From contig JBGSLF010000195.1 in assembly GCA_041740855.1 (NCBI GenBank), positions 11,384 through 75,383 of the forward strand: a stretch of 64,000 nucleotides of DNA. The letters run 5' to 3'. A model generated the notes under the pieces. It ran no database searches. It was not told the DNA's origin and was given only the letters and a program-made list of their open reading frames with translations. How positions within the stretch are numbered: position 1 is the stretch's first letter; every line of letters starts with the position of its first letter. Positions 37,059-46,781 of this stretch are shown here, piece by piece. This DNA is from Gemmata sp. Lineage in GTDB: Bacteria; Planctomycetota; Planctomycetia; Gemmatales; Gemmataceae. The translations under genes were made by a program, and so were the position numbers.

Positions 37059-38594
37059 ATGTCCGAATATCGTTCCGAGACGGACAGCATGGGTCCGATT
37101 CGTGTGCCGGCCGATCGGTATTACGGTGCCCAAACGGCCCGTTCACTGGTTCACTTTGCGGTTGGCAGCGATACCATGCCACCGCCCGTGATTCGTGCGT
37201 TTGGCACGCTCAAGAAGGCGGCCGCACTGGTGAACCGCGACCTTGGCTTGCTCGCCGCCGATAAGGCCGCACTCATTTCGCAGGCGGCCGATGAGGTGAT
37301 CGTGGGGCAACTCAACGACCACTTCCCACTTCGCGTTTGGCAAACCGGCAGCGGCACGCAATCGAATATGAACGTGAATGAAGTGATCTCGAATCGGGCG
37401 ATTGAGATTGCGGGCGGGCAGATGGGATCGAAGAAGCCGGTGCACCCGAACGACGACGTGAATATGTCGCAGTCGTCGAACGACACCTTTCCCACGGCGA
37501 TGCACATTGCAGCCGTCGAGGAACTGGTTCACCAGTTAATCCCAAGCGTGACTGCATTGCGCGATGTCTTCGCAGCCAAGAGTGAAGAGTTCGCGGACAT
37601 CGTGAAGATCGGTCGTACGCACCTGATGGATGCGGTGCCGCTCACGCTTGGCCAGGAGTTCAGTGGCTATGTCGCCCAGATGGATTACGGCCTCGCGGCG
37701 GTGAAGGCGACGTTGCCCATGCTCTATGAACTGGCCCTCGGCGGCACGGCGGTTGGCACCGGGCTGAACGCACACCCGGAATTTGCGGTGCGTGTTGCGA
37801 AGAAGATCGCAGAACTCACCGGTCTGCCGTTCGTGACCGCACCCAACAAGTTCCAGGCACTCGCAGGGCACGAACCCCTCGCGTTCGCATCTGGGGCACT
37901 CAAAGCGCTGGCCGCCGGGTTAATGAAGATCGCCAACGATATTCGCTGGCTTGCCAGTGGGCCGCGTTGTGGGTTGGGCGAACTCACCATTCCCGAGAAC
38001 GAACCGGGTTCTTCCATCATGCCGGGGAAGGTGAACCCCACGCAGTCCGAAGCGATGACGATGGTCTGCGTTCAGGTGATGGGCAACGATGCCGCCATCG
38101 GGTTCGCCGCGTCGCAAGGGAACTTCGAGTTAAACGTGTTCAAGCCGGTGATCATTTACAACTTTCTCCACAGTGTGCGGTTGCTCACCGATGCCTGCCG
38201 CAGTTATCGCGAGCACTGCGCCGCCGATATGCCGGAAACCGATTATGAAGCGCTCGAATATGGTGTGGGCAAAGATAGCGGCATGATTGAAGTGGATCAG
38301 GCGAAACTGAAACCGAAGGCCAGCGGAACGATTCGCAAAGGGATCGACGCCAACCGGCCGGCCATCGCGAAGATTCTCAAAGAGTCGCTGATGCTCGTAA
38401 CCGCGTTAAATCGCCACATCGGTTACGACGCGGCCGCGAAAATCGCCAAGACCGCGCACCACAACGGCACCACTCTTCGCGAAGAGGCGATCAAACTCGC
38501 ACATCCACTCAAAGATGGCAGCGGCGTGCTAACAGGCGAAAAGTTCGACCAGATTGTGCGGCCGGAAACCATGACCGGGCCAGCAGCGGGCTGA
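37059..38594 (+). CDS. fumC: class II fumarate hydratase
   Basis: AAGGAG RBS at 37044-37049. The N-terminus [24 protein letters not shown] and the signature [16 protein letters not shown] indicate the fumarase variant rather than aspartase. Confidence 0.9.
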   Translation: MSEYRSETDSMGPIRVPADRYYGAQTARSLVHFAVGSDTMPPPVIRAFGTLKKAAALVNRDLGLLAADKAALISQAADEVIVGQLNDHFPLRVWQTGSGTQSNMNVNEVISNRAIEIAGGQMGSKKPVHPNDDVNMSQSSNDTFPTAMHIAAVEELVHQLIPSVTALRDVFAAKSEEFADIVKIGRTHLMDAVPLTLGQEFSGYVAQMDYGLAAVKATLPMLYELALGGTAVGTGLNAHPEFAVRVAKKIAELTGLPFVTAPNKFQALAGHEPLAFASGALKALAAGLMKIANDIRWLASGPRCGLGELTIPENEPGSSIMPGKVNPTQSEAMTMVCVQVMGNDAAIGFAASQGNFELNVFKPVIIYNFLHSVRLLTDACRSYREHCAADMPETDYEALEYGVGKDSGMIEVDQAKLKPKASGTIRKGIDANRPAIAKILKESLMLVTALNRHIGYDAAAKIAKTAHHNGTTLREEAIKLAHPLKDGSGVLTGEKFDQIVRPETMTGPAAG

Positions 38595-38642
38595 CGACGA
38601 AAATGTTGAATGAGTCGCAAAACGATGAGTTAAACGAAAAAC

Positions 38643-38670
38643 GCCGAGAGGTGCGGGTACACCTCTCGGC
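38643..38670. terminator. hairpin downstream of fumC
   Basis: 11-bp perfect stem gccgagaggtg / cacctctcggc with a 6-nt loop. The run of five As is 5' of the hairpin on the + strand, so the T-tract is on the opposite strand. Confidence 0.45.
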
Positions 38671-38980
38671 GATCAGGAGACAGCACATTGCGCGTGTGCA
38701 ATCAATGAATGGAAGTTATCAGGCCCGTTAAACGAACACAATGAGACTTGGGACGATTTTTTGGCATTCAGGCATCAGCCGATTCAGATGATAACGCAAT
38801 ATCGCTTGCGCATGCGAAACGCACCCAACGCAAAGTCATCTGAAGAAAGCTCACTATCAGTGGCAAATCATGATTGGAATCAGTCTTTTCTGCGAACTGG
38901 CCAACGGTAAGGTATTGAGCATCGTCTGGTTAAAATCGGGGCTGTTGATGCCCCATCAATAATTCACCCCGGAGAATCTG

Positions 38981-39892
38981 ATGCGACTGTATCTGTTAAC
39001 CGCCGCCCTTGTGGCAGGCATTTCAACCTCAACCCCCGCTTACGCGCTGGTGATGGCTTTTGTTCCACCCGCGCAGCGAGCGATCTCGGCCGATGTGATT
39101 GTTGTCGGCAAAGTCGCCAGTGTTGCGGAAGAACTCGTTCAGGCCGAACCGTATCCCGGAGCCAAGCAGAAAGTGGGCTATCAGATCGCCACGATCAAAA
39201 TCGGCACGGGTGTTCAGGGCAGCGACAAGATGACGGAGATCAAAGTAGGGTTCATTCCCCCACCCAAACCGAACCCCAAAGCGCCAGTGGGCGGCATTCG
39301 CCCGCCGATTCGCAGTGGAGGCGGCTCCCCGCAACTGAAGGAAGGCCAGGAATGGATGTTGTTCCTCTCCAAACACCCATCCGCCGACTTCTACATTATG
39401 CCCAACATGAGTCCGCCGGTTGAGATGAAGGACGATCAGGGGAAGAAGGATCTCGAAGCGGTCAAGAAAGTCGTCGCCCTGCTGGCCGATCCGCAAAAGG
39501 GGCTGAAGAGCGAGAATGCGGAGACTCGCGCGGAAACGGCCGCTGTGCTGGTGCTGAAGTATCGCTCGTATCCGCAAGCCGGTGGCCAGGCGGATCAGGT
39601 TTCGATTGGTGCCGAGCAAAGCAAGCAGATTCTTGAAGCACTACTTGAAGGCGACTGGAGCAACAGGGGGTTCCGGCCCGATGCCCTGCCCAACGGGCTG
39701 GCGGCGTTTCAGAACCTGGGCTTGAATCAGAAGGATGGCTGGGTTCAGCCCATCGTTGTGAATCAACCCGGCGCTCCGCCCGTCGATTACGGTGCGGTTC
39801 AGAAAGATGCGTTCATGAAGTGGCTGGCTGGCCCCGGCAAGAAGTACGAGATCAAGAAGTTCGTTTCCAAGCCCGCCGCCAACGAAAAGTGA
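38981..39892 (+). CDS. secreted hypothetical protein, 303 aa
   Basis: Signal peptide MRLYLLTAALVAGISTSTPAYA and a GGAGAA RBS. No catalytic motif recognised. Confidence 0.7.
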   Translation: MRLYLLTAALVAGISTSTPAYALVMAFVPPAQRAISADVIVVGKVASVAEELVQAEPYPGAKQKVGYQIATIKIGTGVQGSDKMTEIKVGFIPPPKPNPKAPVGGIRPPIRSGGGSPQLKEGQEWMLFLSKHPSADFYIMPNMSPPVEMKDDQGKKDLEAVKKVVALLADPQKGLKSENAETRAETAAVLVLKYRSYPQAGGQADQVSIGAEQSKQILEALLEGDWSNRGFRPDALPNGLAAFQNLGLNQKDGWVQPIVVNQPGAPPVDYGAVQKDAFMKWLAGPGKKYEIKKFVSKPAANEK

Positions 39893-39904
39893 TTCGAGTA
39901 AAAC

Positions 39905-39940
39905 GCACCAACCCGCGCCAGTGACGACGCGGGTTGGTGC
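39905..39940. terminator. bidirectional hairpin terminator; contains a dispersed 28-nt hairpin element
   Basis: Perfect 13-bp stem gcaccaacccgcg / cgcgggttggtgc between convergent genes. The core (39909-39936) recurs at 43062-43089. Confidence 0.7.
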
Positions 39941-39992
39941 GAGCGGGGAACTCCGGTCGCTCAACGACCGGAGCAACGCGAAAATAATCACT

Positions 39993-40247
39993 TCAACCGC
40001 CCATGAAGATCTTCCAAATCTTCCCCATCCAACCGACCATTCCAGGCGCGGGCGGCGGCAAAGCGGGGTCGATCGATCCGGCTCCCGCACAAGTAATGCA
40101 CGTTGGCGAAGCGGCTCCTTCGCACGTCGGACATGTGAATGGAAGCCAGCCACGCGGGCCGACTTCGTAATCGTAGAACGCCTGCCCATTGCAGAGCTTG
40201 CAATCCACGTTGCCGTAGCACGGACATCGCATGTGTTGAATCGACAT
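39993..40247 (-). CDS. small Cys-rich protein with DnaJ-type CxxCxG zinc-finger repeats, 84 aa
   Basis: MSIQHMRCPCYGNVDCKLCNGQ ... CPTCEGAASPTCITCAGAGS gives four CxxC-like pairs. The 355-aa ORF spanning the same region in another frame was rejected. Confidence 0.5.
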   Translation of the reverse strand: MSIQHMRCPCYGNVDCKLCNGQAFYDYEVGPRGWLPFTCPTCEGAASPTCITCAGAGSIDPALPPPAPGMVGWMGKIWKIFMGG

Positions 40248-40447
40248 GAACAGTACACCCATCGAAAAATCGCACTGCCGGTAAGCCGAAGCGAAGACAA
40301 CCAACTGCAAGGTGAATTGTATGTATCGCCCTTTCGATGCAAATTGCCATGTGCGGTATTGCGTGCGAGCATTTGACCGGAAGCCATCTGGGTGCTAGCG
40401 ATTGATGCCAGATTCCACGCGCCTGGCGATCTCTGTTCTGCCTGGAT

Positions 40448-41026
40448 GTGAATCGCATGCTCACACGAGATACCCTTCCGCTTCCCACTCTTCGCAATTT
40501 CGCTCCTGCCAGCGAGTTCGTGCCTGAACCAAACGCGCTGGGAATTGATCTGGCACATGTGCAGAGGGTAAGCCTCGATCTCACCGCGAACACGCTGGCA
40601 GTGGAATACACGGGCGAGGCTGATATTCAGTTGTTCGCGTTTCCGGCCCCGGAAGTCGCCGACTCTTCGTTCGCGGAGCTCTCGCACCGATTGGGCATTG
40701 GCTTCCAAGTTGCTCCCGATGGGCCTGACACACGCGCGGCGATTCGTGGCCCGCTTACTCTACTGTTCTGTTCGCTGCTGCTTACTGCGATGTTCGCGCT
40801 CGCATGGAATGTGCTGGAAGATACAGCCTCGCTACGGGCCGCGGGTATGGGCCAGAATCGGACCGCGATCACGCTGCTGGAATCGCTGTTTGGTCTGCTA
40901 GATCTGCGTCTGGTGTGTGTGGTGGGCGGGGCGATGGCGGCGATGAGTCAGATATGGCTTTATCGCCGTCTCACGACGCCCCCAACGAAACTGGAACTGG
41001 TGCGAAGCTCGCCCGATGCTGCGTAA
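40448..41026 (+). CDS. hypothetical membrane protein, ~190 aa
   Basis: Soluble N-domain followed by two TM helices (LTLLFCSLLLTAMFALAW; LRLVCVVGGAMAAMSQIWL). GTG at 40448, or an in-frame ATG at 40457. Confidence 0.55.
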   Translation: MNRMLTRDTLPLPTLRNFAPASEFVPEPNALGIDLAHVQRVSLDLTANTLAVEYTGEADIQLFAFPAPEVADSSFAELSHRLGIGFQVAPDGPDTRAAIRGPLTLLFCSLLLTAMFALAWNVLEDTASLRAAGMGQNRTAITLLESLFGLLDLRLVCVVGGAMAAMSQIWLYRRLTTPPTKLELVRSSPDAA

Positions 41027-41115
41027 GGCCATCTTTGACGGTGGCAGCATAACGCGCGATTCTGGGTAAACTTCGCCGATGCGAACCGAGACCACAGGTT
41101 TTTTCGGAGGAGTCC

Positions 41116-41586
41116 GTGCAAAAGGATGATTTTGTCGAGTTGTTCAAACGCATTCCCGAAACGTCGCATGCCCAGGTGAATCTGATACTGCGAAATGGCA
41201 TGATCCTGGCAGTGGATGCCATTGCACGGTTCGAGAAGTCGTATGTGGTCTTTCGCGGGCGTGAAGGCGGAACGACAGACGAAGGGCGCGGGTTCTTCGT
41301 GAATTACGATGAAATCTGCTACATCAAGCTCGAACAAGTTGTGCGGATTGGCGAACTGAAGCGGATGTTTGGCGATACCAGCCATGTGGACGCAGAGGAT
41401 CGGTTATCCAGCGGTGCTGCGACAACTCCAACTCCTTCCGACACGCGCTCGGTAACAGCAACGCCGGGGCCAAGTATGGGCACCGATCCCGCATCGATTG
41501 CGAAACACAACTTGCTGGAGCGGATTCGTTCCGCGCGGGCGAATGTGGGTGGCGTGACTGGCAAACTCGGCGGCGGCGGAAAGTAA
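41116..41586 (+). CDS. hypothetical protein, 156 aa
   Basis: GTG start 5 nt after GGAGGAG. Globular N-terminal domain followed by a Ser/Thr/Pro/Gly tail. Confidence 0.6.
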   Translation: MQKDDFVELFKRIPETSHAQVNLILRNGMILAVDAIARFEKSYVVFRGREGGTTDEGRGFFVNYDEICYIKLEQVVRIGELKRMFGDTSHVDAEDRLSSGAATTPTPSDTRSVTATPGPSMGTDPASIAKHNLLERIRSARANVGGVTGKLGGGGK

Positions 41587-41667
41587 GTGGCACGAACTTC
41601 GCCACGGCAGAACCCAGACGGGAATTCAACGCGTGGCGTTCCGTGGCCCATCCTTCAACAGGGTGGC

Positions 41668-42954
41668 TTATCCGACGCGTCGCCAGGGTAACACCGTGTG
41701 TTGCCGCGTGCTCAGCGGTTTTTGAGCCGCGGCTCGGTACACCGTTTCTAGTTCCGGGCTAAGCATCTGCCCACGTCTTCGCATGGCGGTATCCGCAGCG
41801 GCCAGAATCCGTTCGATGTGAGTAAGTTCTTTTAGCCCATCTGGTCCGGCCTGATGAAACGCGGGCACCTCACGCGGTGCGAATCCGCCGCAAGGCAACA
41901 CGCGGGCGAACGGCCCAACCGCTGTTCCACAGTCGAAGAGCACACCCAGCCCGGTTCGGGCGTGGTCGCCGATCATGGCTCCCACTTTCGTATGCCCGGT
42001 TGACACCATAACTCCACCCACGGGTACGGAGATGGGTTGGTAGTCGTATCGCAAATCCGCAGTGTGCGTTCCGGCCGCGAGGTTCACCCATTCACCAATC
42101 ACGCTATGGCCTAGAAAGCCTTCGTGATACTTGTTCACATATCCCAGAAGGATGCTCGCTTCGACCTCGCCACCCACGCGGCAGTGCGGGCCAATCGTGG
42201 TTCCCGCTCGCACCTTGGCCCCGAGTAATACCGATCCGACTCCCACTCCGCATGGGCCTTCCAATCGCGTGAACGAATGCACGACCGCGCCCGCACCGAC
42301 CGAAACCGGCCCGTTAGTGGTATCGGCCACAACCATCGGATCGATTCGCGCGCTTGGGTGAATGAAGAGGCGTTCAGCGGGGCCAACGAGCTGAAAACCC
42401 TCCGGGTAAAAGCCCGCCGCGGTCTGATCCGCATCGGCTTCGAAATCAATCGCGATCTGTTCGGCGTTCTTCTCCAAGAGATCCCACGGCCGCGAGAGGA
42501 GTGACCCACCGACTTCCGCCAGGGGAAGAGATTGCGTCCAATCGTTCAGGCAGTCGTCCACCGTGGTGAGCGACACAGCTTGCAGGTGCTGCGGATCGAG
42601 AACGGCATACGCGATGTCGTTGCCGGCCATCGCAATATGCGGGCCGTTGATGAACGGATTGGCCGGGGTTTGCCGGGTGGTTGTTGGTGCGGGAGGCACC
42701 CAGCGGGCGTTCACGAGCACAGTGGGGGCGGCGCGAAGCCAGTGCGGATCGTTGATCATTGCGTCTGGATTGGTCGCACGCATGAGACCTGCCATCGCGG
42801 GGCGGCAGAGGTGCCCAACAGCTCCGGCGGGGAAGTAGCGAGCTTGCTTTTGTGCCAGAGTATCCAGCCCGCATAGCAACGCCGCGACGGGGCGGGTGAG
42901 TGTGAACGGTCCCAGCCCGCTGACATCTCGGTCTTCGTAATGGCAGATACGCAT
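41668..42954 (-). CDS. putative sugar nucleotidyltransferase with left-handed beta-helix (GlmU-like) C-terminal domain
   Basis: Start MRICHYEDR at 42954. Hexapeptide-repeat region GVGVGSVLLGAKVRAGTTIGPHCRVGGEVEASIL ... VNLAAGTHTADL. Confidence 0.7.
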   Translation of the reverse strand: MRICHYEDRDVSGLGPFTLTRPVAALLCGLDTLAQKQARYFPAGAVGHLCRPAMAGLMRATNPDAMINDPHWLRAAPTVLVNARWVPPAPTTTRQTPANPFINGPHIAMAGNDIAYAVLDPQHLQAVSLTTVDDCLNDWTQSLPLAEVGGSLLSRPWDLLEKNAEQIAIDFEADADQTAAGFYPEGFQLVGPAERLFIHPSARIDPMVVADTTNGPVSVGAGAVVHSFTRLEGPCGVGVGSVLLGAKVRAGTTIGPHCRVGGEVEASILLGYVNKYHEGFLGHSVIGEWVNLAAGTHTADLRYDYQPISVPVGGVMVSTGHTKVGAMIGDHARTGLGVLFDCGTAVGPFARVLPCGGFAPREVPAFHQAGPDGLKELTHIERILAAADTAMRRRGQMLSPELETVYRAAAQKPLSTRQHTVLPWRRVG

Positions 42955-43061
42955 CCTGCGACCTCTAACCGGACTGGAAGAATAGAAATGCAGTCTAAGG
43001 TTGAAGCGATCCAGAAGGGAAGGCGAGTTTCGGGGTGGGGTGCGGCTGTAGCTTTTTTTCA

Positions 43062-43103
43062 CAACCCGCTTCAGTCCTGACGCGGGTTGCGCCGAAACCC
43101 GCG
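43062..43103 (+). promoter_or_regulatory. two mutually exclusive hairpins sharing the segment CGCGGGTT (first one is the dispersed 28-nt element)
   Basis: aacccgc (43063-69) pairs with gcgggtt (43082-88). Alternatively cgcgggtt (43081-88) pairs with aacccgcg (43096-103). Lies in the divergent region upstream of the desaturase gene. Confidence 0.35.
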
Positions 43104-43244
43104 TGCTCACACGGCTCGCCAAGACGCCTAAATCTACAGCCGCACCCAGAACGGCGCTGACACACGCGGCCAGATGCTCTATCTTTTTTGAAGCGTGGCC
43201 GGCCCCCGTACCCCCGCCGAGACCTTGCCGTGAACTCCACTGCG

Positions 43245-44183
43245 ATGACCGTTCCCCTTTCGACTCCGCTCACACGCCCGCGTCTGGTCGTCTGGTTTCT
43301 CGTTACTTTAATTGTCATTCACTTGCTCGCACTCACAGCATTCACGCCCTACGTGTTCGCGTGGTGGGGCATTCCGATGATTCTCATCGGCAACTTCATC
43401 TTTGGCTCCATTGGCATCAATCTCGCGTATCACCGCATGCTCACGCACAAGGCGGCCTCGTTCCCGCAATGGCTGGAGCGCGTGTTCATTCTGTGTGGCG
43501 TATGTAGCCTGGAAGGCTCTCCGCTGTGGTGGGTCTGCGTTCATCGCATGCACCATCAACACAGCGACGACGAAGGCGATCCGCATAGCCCGCAGAAGAG
43601 CTTCTTCTGGGGGCACATGCAGTGGATCTACACCGCCGATCCGCGGCAGCGTTCCATTTCGACATTCGAGAAGTATGTGCCCGATCTGATGACCGATCCG
43701 TTCCTGCGCTGGCTGCATCGCGGCAACAAGTGGCTTTTCGTGTATGCCGCTCAGGCCGTAATCATTGCGCTGGCGGGTTTTGGCCTTGGCTTTCTGATCG
43801 CCGACACCACCGAGCGTGCGGTGCAGATTGGTGTGCAAGTGTTCGTGTGGTGTGTGCTGGTTCGCACCGTGTATGTCTGGCACATCACCTGGCTGGTGAA
43901 CTCGGCCGCGCATCGCTGGGGTTATCGCAACTACGAAACGACTGACCGGAGCCGCAACAACGCCGTGGTGGCCCTGCTCACCAATGGCGAGGGCTGGCAC
44001 AACAACCACCACGCCACGCCGCGTGCGTGTTCGCAAGGGCACCGCTGGTGGGAAGTGGATCTCACATTCACATTCGTTCGCATGCTGCAAATGGTTGGGC
44101 TGGCGTGGGACGTTGTGGGAGTGAAAGTGCCCAAGCACATCGCCGGGAAGTCAACCGAACCGAATAGCCCAGCTTCAACATGA
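43245..44183 (+). CDS. acyl-CoA/acyl-lipid delta-9-type fatty acid desaturase
   Basis: Histidine boxes HRMLTH, HRMHHQHSD and GWHNNHH. TM helices near the N-terminus. The ATG at 43245 is preferred over the TTG at 43188. Confidence 0.85.
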   Translation: MTVPLSTPLTRPRLVVWFLVTLIVIHLLALTAFTPYVFAWWGIPMILIGNFIFGSIGINLAYHRMLTHKAASFPQWLERVFILCGVCSLEGSPLWWVCVHRMHHQHSDDEGDPHSPQKSFFWGHMQWIYTADPRQRSISTFEKYVPDLMTDPFLRWLHRGNKWLFVYAAQAVIIALAGFGLGFLIADTTERAVQIGVQVFVWCVLVRTVYVWHITWLVNSAAHRWGYRNYETTDRSRNNAVVALLTNGEGWHNNHHATPRACSQGHRWWEVDLTFTFVRMLQMVGLAWDVVGVKVPKHIAGKSTEPNSPAST

Positions 44184-44214
44184 AATGACGGCTGAAGGCC
44201 GCGAGACGAAGCGA

Positions 44215-44246
44215 GCCACGAGGCGGAGGAAAAGTAACCTCATGGC
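44215..44246. terminator. hairpin between convergent genes
   Basis: gccacgagg / cctcatggc (8 of 9 bp) followed by ttggatttgg. Lies between the gene ends at 44183 (+) and 44284 (-). Confidence 0.35.
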
Positions 44247-44283
44247 TTGGATTTGGCGGCCTTGGATAGATCGCCCGCGCGTT

Positions 44284-45390
44284 TTAGCCGTCCTTGTTCC
44301 ATACGCTCATCATGCACGGTTGCCCGAGCATTCGCACGCGAAACGAGCGAGCGGGCACCCAACGCCGGGCCAGCAGAATCCGTTTGAGGAGTTCATGCTC
44401 CATTGCCAGAAGCACCGCGCGGCCGCCGGGGCGCAACACGCGGTCCCACTCGGCGCTCGCGGCTTCATACAACGGGCCAATCTGTTCCACCGATGAAAGC
44501 TGCTTGCCGAACGGCGGGTTGGACACGATCCGATCCACCGATTCCGTTTCCAGTGGAAGGGCACGGGCGTCCCAGCGAACGAGTTCCGCCTGCCCCACTT
44601 GCTCCAGATTCTGCGAAGTGACGAACACCGCGTTCGGGTCGATGTCGCCACCGAGCACGCGAACTTTGCCGCCACGGCTCCGCTTCTCGGCCACATCCAG
44701 CGATTCCGCCAGAATGGTGCCCGCGCCGCAGAACGGATCGAGAATGGTCATACCGGGGCCAATGCCGGCGAGGCGAACCATCGCGGCGGCAACCGTGGGG
44801 CGAAGCGAGGCGGCGATGTGATCGAGTTTATAGGTGCGGTGACGCATGGTGCGATCCGACAAACGCACCCCGCACACAGCGGTCTTGCTATAGATCGTGA
44901 GCCAGATTTCGAGCCAGGCGTTCTCGTTGTTGTACACCCAGCCATGCGGGATCTTGCCTTCAAGCCCTGCCACGAATGCCTCTCGCGCATCGGCTCGCCG
45001 GTATCCGTGTTCGCCCTGCATCTGGCACACAATGTGGTATGTGGGCCGTCCCTTGGTTTTGGGGCGAATCTTGTGGTGCAGCTTGAAGAGATGTTCCCAG
45101 TCTGGCTTGCGTGCGGTCCAGTTGCGGATGGTTTCGAGGTCGTCGGTTTTGTAAGTGAGCGAGTCGGAACCCCAGGCGAGCAGGAACACATCTTCGGTGG
45201 TGCGAAGCGAGAGAATGGCATCCGTGAGCTGTTCAACACGGAACGCCACCAACCCGCGATACGTGCGTTTCACTTCGCCACCCAGATCGCGCGTGATCTC
45301 GTCGGCAGCCACGCTTTCGATCCCGGCGTGGGTCATGGCGTAGAGCGGCGGGAGCGGTTTTTCGTCGGTCGGCCGGCCAGAGCGGGACAT
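44284..45390 (-). CDS. THUMP-domain class I SAM-dependent RNA methyltransferase
   Basis: DPFCGAGTILAE (motif I) and NPPFG (motif IV). The N-terminal ~150 aa look THUMP-like. Confidence 0.8.
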   Translation of the reverse strand: MSRSGRPTDEKPLPPLYAMTHAGIESVAADEITRDLGGEVKRTYRGLVAFRVEQLTDAILSLRTTEDVFLLAWGSDSLTYKTDDLETIRNWTARKPDWEHLFKLHHKIRPKTKGRPTYHIVCQMQGEHGYRRADAREAFVAGLEGKIPHGWVYNNENAWLEIWLTIYSKTAVCGVRLSDRTMRHRTYKLDHIAASLRPTVAAAMVRLAGIGPGMTILDPFCGAGTILAESLDVAEKRSRGGKVRVLGGDIDPNAVFVTSQNLEQVGQAELVRWDARALPLETESVDRIVSNPPFGKQLSSVEQIGPLYEAASAEWDRVLRPGGRAVLLAMEHELLKRILLARRWVPARSFRVRMLGQPCMMSVWNKDG

Positions 45391-45435
45391 GGTGCGTCTC
45401 GTAGGAGTAATCTGTCATCATATCACCCGCAACCG

Positions 45436-46101
45436 CTACCTTGCGAATTGCTCGCGGGCTTCCTCGGAACCGAGCATGAGCAGCCCCCACAATCCGGCGA
45501 TCGAACCGGGGAGGCAACAGAAGTGGGGAATGTTCAACATGGCGGCCACGCAACCAACTTGTGCGAGGCGATACGATCGCCGCGTTGCCATCGCCAAGCC
45601 ACCCGCGAACACCACACCGCTTACCACCATGAACAGCGGCAGCACCCAACGCATGGCACGCGCGGCCGTCTCGGCGCGTTCATCATCGATGCGGTCGCGT
45701 TCCGCGGGCGGATCGTCGGCACCCACGCCGGCATCTCGCAACGCCGGAAGTTGATTGCGAATGTATTGCTTCGCTCCCGCGGGATCGGTGAGGAACTGAT
45801 ACGACAGCACACCGTTAACCACCAATCCGGCCACACCGCAGAACAGCAAGCCGAACGCGGGGAGCAACAACGCCGCATCAACCGGCTTGCGTGTTGGCGT
45901 TCTGGCGGCACCCGAAGTGCCCGGCCGCGAGATGAGCACCGCAGGCGTGAAACCACCGCTGCCATCGCGCACGGGCGCGCGAAACATTGACCGGCATTCC
46001 GGGCACTGAACTTGCTCACCAAGAAGATCGATCGGCACCCGCAACAGGTGATTGCACGCGGGGCACGACACAACTTCGGTTTCGGGTTCGGCGGATGACA
46101 T
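45436..46101 (-). CDS. zinc-ribbon membrane protein, 221 aa
   Basis: Start at MSSAEPETEVVSCPACNHLLRVP...QCPECRSMF (CxxC...CxxC), followed by four TM helices. Confidence 0.65.
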   Translation of the reverse strand: MSSAEPETEVVSCPACNHLLRVPIDLLGEQVQCPECRSMFRAPVRDGSGGFTPAVLISRPGTSGAARTPTRKPVDAALLLPAFGLLFCGVAGLVVNGVLSYQFLTDPAGAKQYIRNQLPALRDAGVGADDPPAERDRIDDERAETAARAMRWVLPLFMVVSGVVFAGGLAMATRRSYRLAQVGCVAAMLNIPHFCCLPGSIAGLWGLLMLGSEEAREQFAR

Positions 46102-46186
46102 TGGTTTCACCGGTCGGAAAGAGTACCGGGATAGAATACGGAGCGAGACTGATTTCACCCCGAGATAGGACAACGGAGAAACGACG

Positions 46187-46654
46187 ATGCCTGAATGGCT
46201 GGCAACGCGACTGCCAGAAGGATGGACCGCCTGGCACCTCGCCGCACTGACCATCGGGTTGGCGGTGTTGTCGGCCTTGGTGAGCATGCCAATCATTGGA
46301 TATGTGCTCACCCGCTTGCCCGCAGATTACTTCGTGAATGCCGCTTCTCGCCAGAAGCAGAAACGACGGCACCCGGTGCTTCATGTTCTGGCGGTGATGG
46401 CGCGAAATCTCTTCGGCGTATTGCTTATCCTTCTGGGTCTGGCGCTCTCTTTGCCCGGTGTGCCTGGCCAAGGCGTGCTCACCATTCTCATGGGCGTGAT
46501 GCTCGTCGATTTCCCAGGCAAGTTCCGCGTGGAGCGTTGGCTCATCACTCGACGCGGCATCTTCTCGACTGTGAACCGACTGCGTGCTCGTTATGGCCAA
46601 CCGCCATTGCTGGCGCACCCAGATTCCCAACTGCTGTCGCCATCGGACGCATAG
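46187..46654 (+). CDS. PGPGW-type small membrane protein
   Basis: TM helices, plus LSLPGVPGQGVLTILMG matching the PGPGW motif family. Confidence 0.65.
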   Translation: MPEWLATRLPEGWTAWHLAALTIGLAVLSALVSMPIIGYVLTRLPADYFVNAASRQKQKRRHPVLHVLAVMARNLFGVLLILLGLALSLPGVPGQGVLTILMGVMLVDFPGKFRVERWLITRRGIFSTVNRLRARYGQPPLLAHPDSQLLSPSDA

Positions 46655-46781
46655 CGAAGAGTCGTGACTCGATAAATGATCTGTGGGAAGAAGAGATTGA
46701 TTTGGCCCGGCGAATGATAGCCCTTTGGCCCGGACCGTGTAAACTGGCGGCGCGTTCTCTCTCTCAACTTCGGAGGCATAT

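Noticed and set aside
39641-40708. 355-aa minus-strand ORF spanning the 39892/39993 gene junction
   Set aside because: It runs through a perfect 13-bp terminator hairpin and overlaps three better-supported genes. Composition is Arg/Ser-rich.
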